From IMG/VR virus record IMGVR_UViG_3300037473_000211, positions 1 to 24,447 of that record: a stretch of DNA of 24,447 nucleotides; one strand, 5' to 3'. A program made the position numbers and the translations under genes. Origin of the DNA: a virus. Taxonomy: Duplodnaviria; Caudoviricetes. The notes under the pieces were generated by a model. That model searched no databases. It had not been told where the DNA came from and saw only the letters and a program-made list of their open reading frames with translations. Of the stretch, positions 23,404-24,447 are shown piece after piece; within the stretch, counting starts at the first letter, position 1; each line of letters begins with the position of its first letter.

Positions 23404-24447
23404 CACGCGAGACATTCGACCGCATCTACAAGTTCGACAGCAAGGGCAAGTTGCGGGTCTGGTACATGGAGCTGGACGCGGACGCCGGCAAGCACCGCAC
23501 CATCGCCGGCATCGACGGCGGCAAGCTGGTGGAGGCCGAGTGGACGCAGTGCGAGCCCACCAACGTCGGTCGCTCCAACGTGCGCGATGTCGTCGAACAG
23601 GCGCGCTTCGAGATCGAGGCCGAGTACGACAAGAAGCTGACCCGCGAATACCACCGCACGCCGGAGCTGGCGAAGGGCGGCGCCCACTTCTTCAAGCCCA
23701 TGTTGGCCGAGAAGTACGAGACCTTCGAGCCCGGCTTCGCGCAGCCCAAGCTGGACGGCATCCGCTGCATCGCGACCAGGGACGGGCTGTTCTCGCGACA
23801 GGGCAAGCCGATCCTGGGCGTGCCCCACATTGTAGCCGGCCTGGCGCCGGTCTTCGCAGCGCACCCGGACACGATCCTGGATGGCGAGCTTTACAATCAT
23901 GACCTCAAGGACAACTTCAACGCCATCGTGTCGGCGGTGAAGAAGGCCGAGCCCAACGAGGAACAGAAGGCCCTTGCCCGCCAGGTCCAGTATCACGTCT
24001 ATGACATGCCCAGCGCCAAGGTGCCCTTCAACGCCCGTTACAATTACATGGGCAATCTGTTCGAGCAGTATCACACCGATGTCGTGGTCTTCGTGGAGAC
24101 CCGGCAGGTCGAGACGGCGGAAGAATACGACGCCCTGCATGGCCGGTGGCTGGAAGAAGGCTTCGAGGGTTCGATGTGGAGACAGGACTGGCTGTACGAG
24201 CAGAAGCGCTCCAGCACCCTTCTGAAGCGCAAGGAGTTCGTGGACGCCGAGTTCGAGGTTGTGCGGATCGAGGAAGGTCTGGGCAACTGGTCGGGCATGG
24301 CGAAGCGCGTGGTCTGCAAGCTGCCCGATGGCCGTGAGTTCGGCGCCGGCATCAAGGGCAATCAGGAGCGCGCCCGCGAGCTGCTGCACGAGACCCACAA
24401 GGTGGTGACGGTGAAGTATTTCGCCCTCACCCCGGACGGCATCCCGC
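23400..24447 (+). CDS. ATP-dependent DNA ligase (partial, runs off the right edge)
   Basis: Absent from the ORF track; GTG 23400 with AAGGAG RBS. Motifs KPMLA, QPKLDGIRC (I), LDGELY (III), YHVYD (IIIa), EGSMWR (IV), LLKRKEF (V). Confidence 0.95.
   Translation, partial: MTRETFDRIYKFDSKGKLRVWYMELDADAGKHRTIAGIDGGKLVEAEWTQCEPTNVGRSNVRDVVEQARFEIEAEYDKKLTREYHRTPELAKGGAHFFKPMLAEKYETFEPGFAQPKLDGIRCIATRDGLFSRQGKPILGVPHIVAGLAPVFAAHPDTILDGELYNHDLKDNFNAIVSAVKKAEPNEEQKALARQVQYHVYDMPSAKVPFNARYNYMGNLFEQYHTDVVVFVETRQVETAEEYDALHGRWLEEGFEGSMWRQDWLYEQKRSSTLLKRKEFVDAEFEVVRIEEGLGNWSGMAKRVVCKLPDGREFGAGIKGNQERARELLHETHKVVTVKYFALTPDGIP

Noticed and set aside
23399-23415. TGACACGCGAGACA as another operator copy
   Set aside because: Too many mismatches to the dyad, lies in coding sequence, and has no promoter context.
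23343-24398. 351-aa minus-strand ORF and the 23375..23902 plus-strand ORF
   Set aside because: Shadow and alternate frames of the DNA ligase gene, which has all its catalytic motifs.
1-24447. CRISPR array, tRNA/rRNA, IS element, integrase, reverse transcriptase
   Set aside because: None seen. The palindromic repeats are dispersed rather than regularly spaced, and no such protein motifs were found by eye.

Overview
This window is part of a GC-rich tailed (siphovirus-type) phage genome that probably lives as a phage-plasmid. The minus strand from 12460 down to 1 carries a complete head-to-tail morphogenesis cluster: TerS, TerL, portal, scaffold, major capsid, head-tail joining genes, major tail protein, a frameshifted tail assembly chaperone pair, and a partial tape measure gene. 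Upstream of terS is a structured, AT-richer non-coding region. Beyond it lies a tightly coupled minus-strand operon: two ParB/Srx-domain proteins, a small CxxC-CxxC protein, an acidic protein, a stand-alone ABC ATPase, a Mom-like GNAT and a winged-helix protein. This operon is a candidate packaging-linked DNA modification system. The plus strand carries an SF2 helicase, a dNMP-kinase-like gene, a type Ib ParA with an RHH partner, accessory genes (HAD phosphatase, wHTH, Zn-ribbon/MazG fusion, membrane protein) and a partial ATP-dependent DNA ligase. A 14-bp palindrome, A-N-TCAC-NN-GTGA-N-T, recurs in intergenic gaps and overlaps sigma70-like promoters each time, which suggests a genome-wide operator network. 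All calls come from manual reading and motif recognition; no database search was run.
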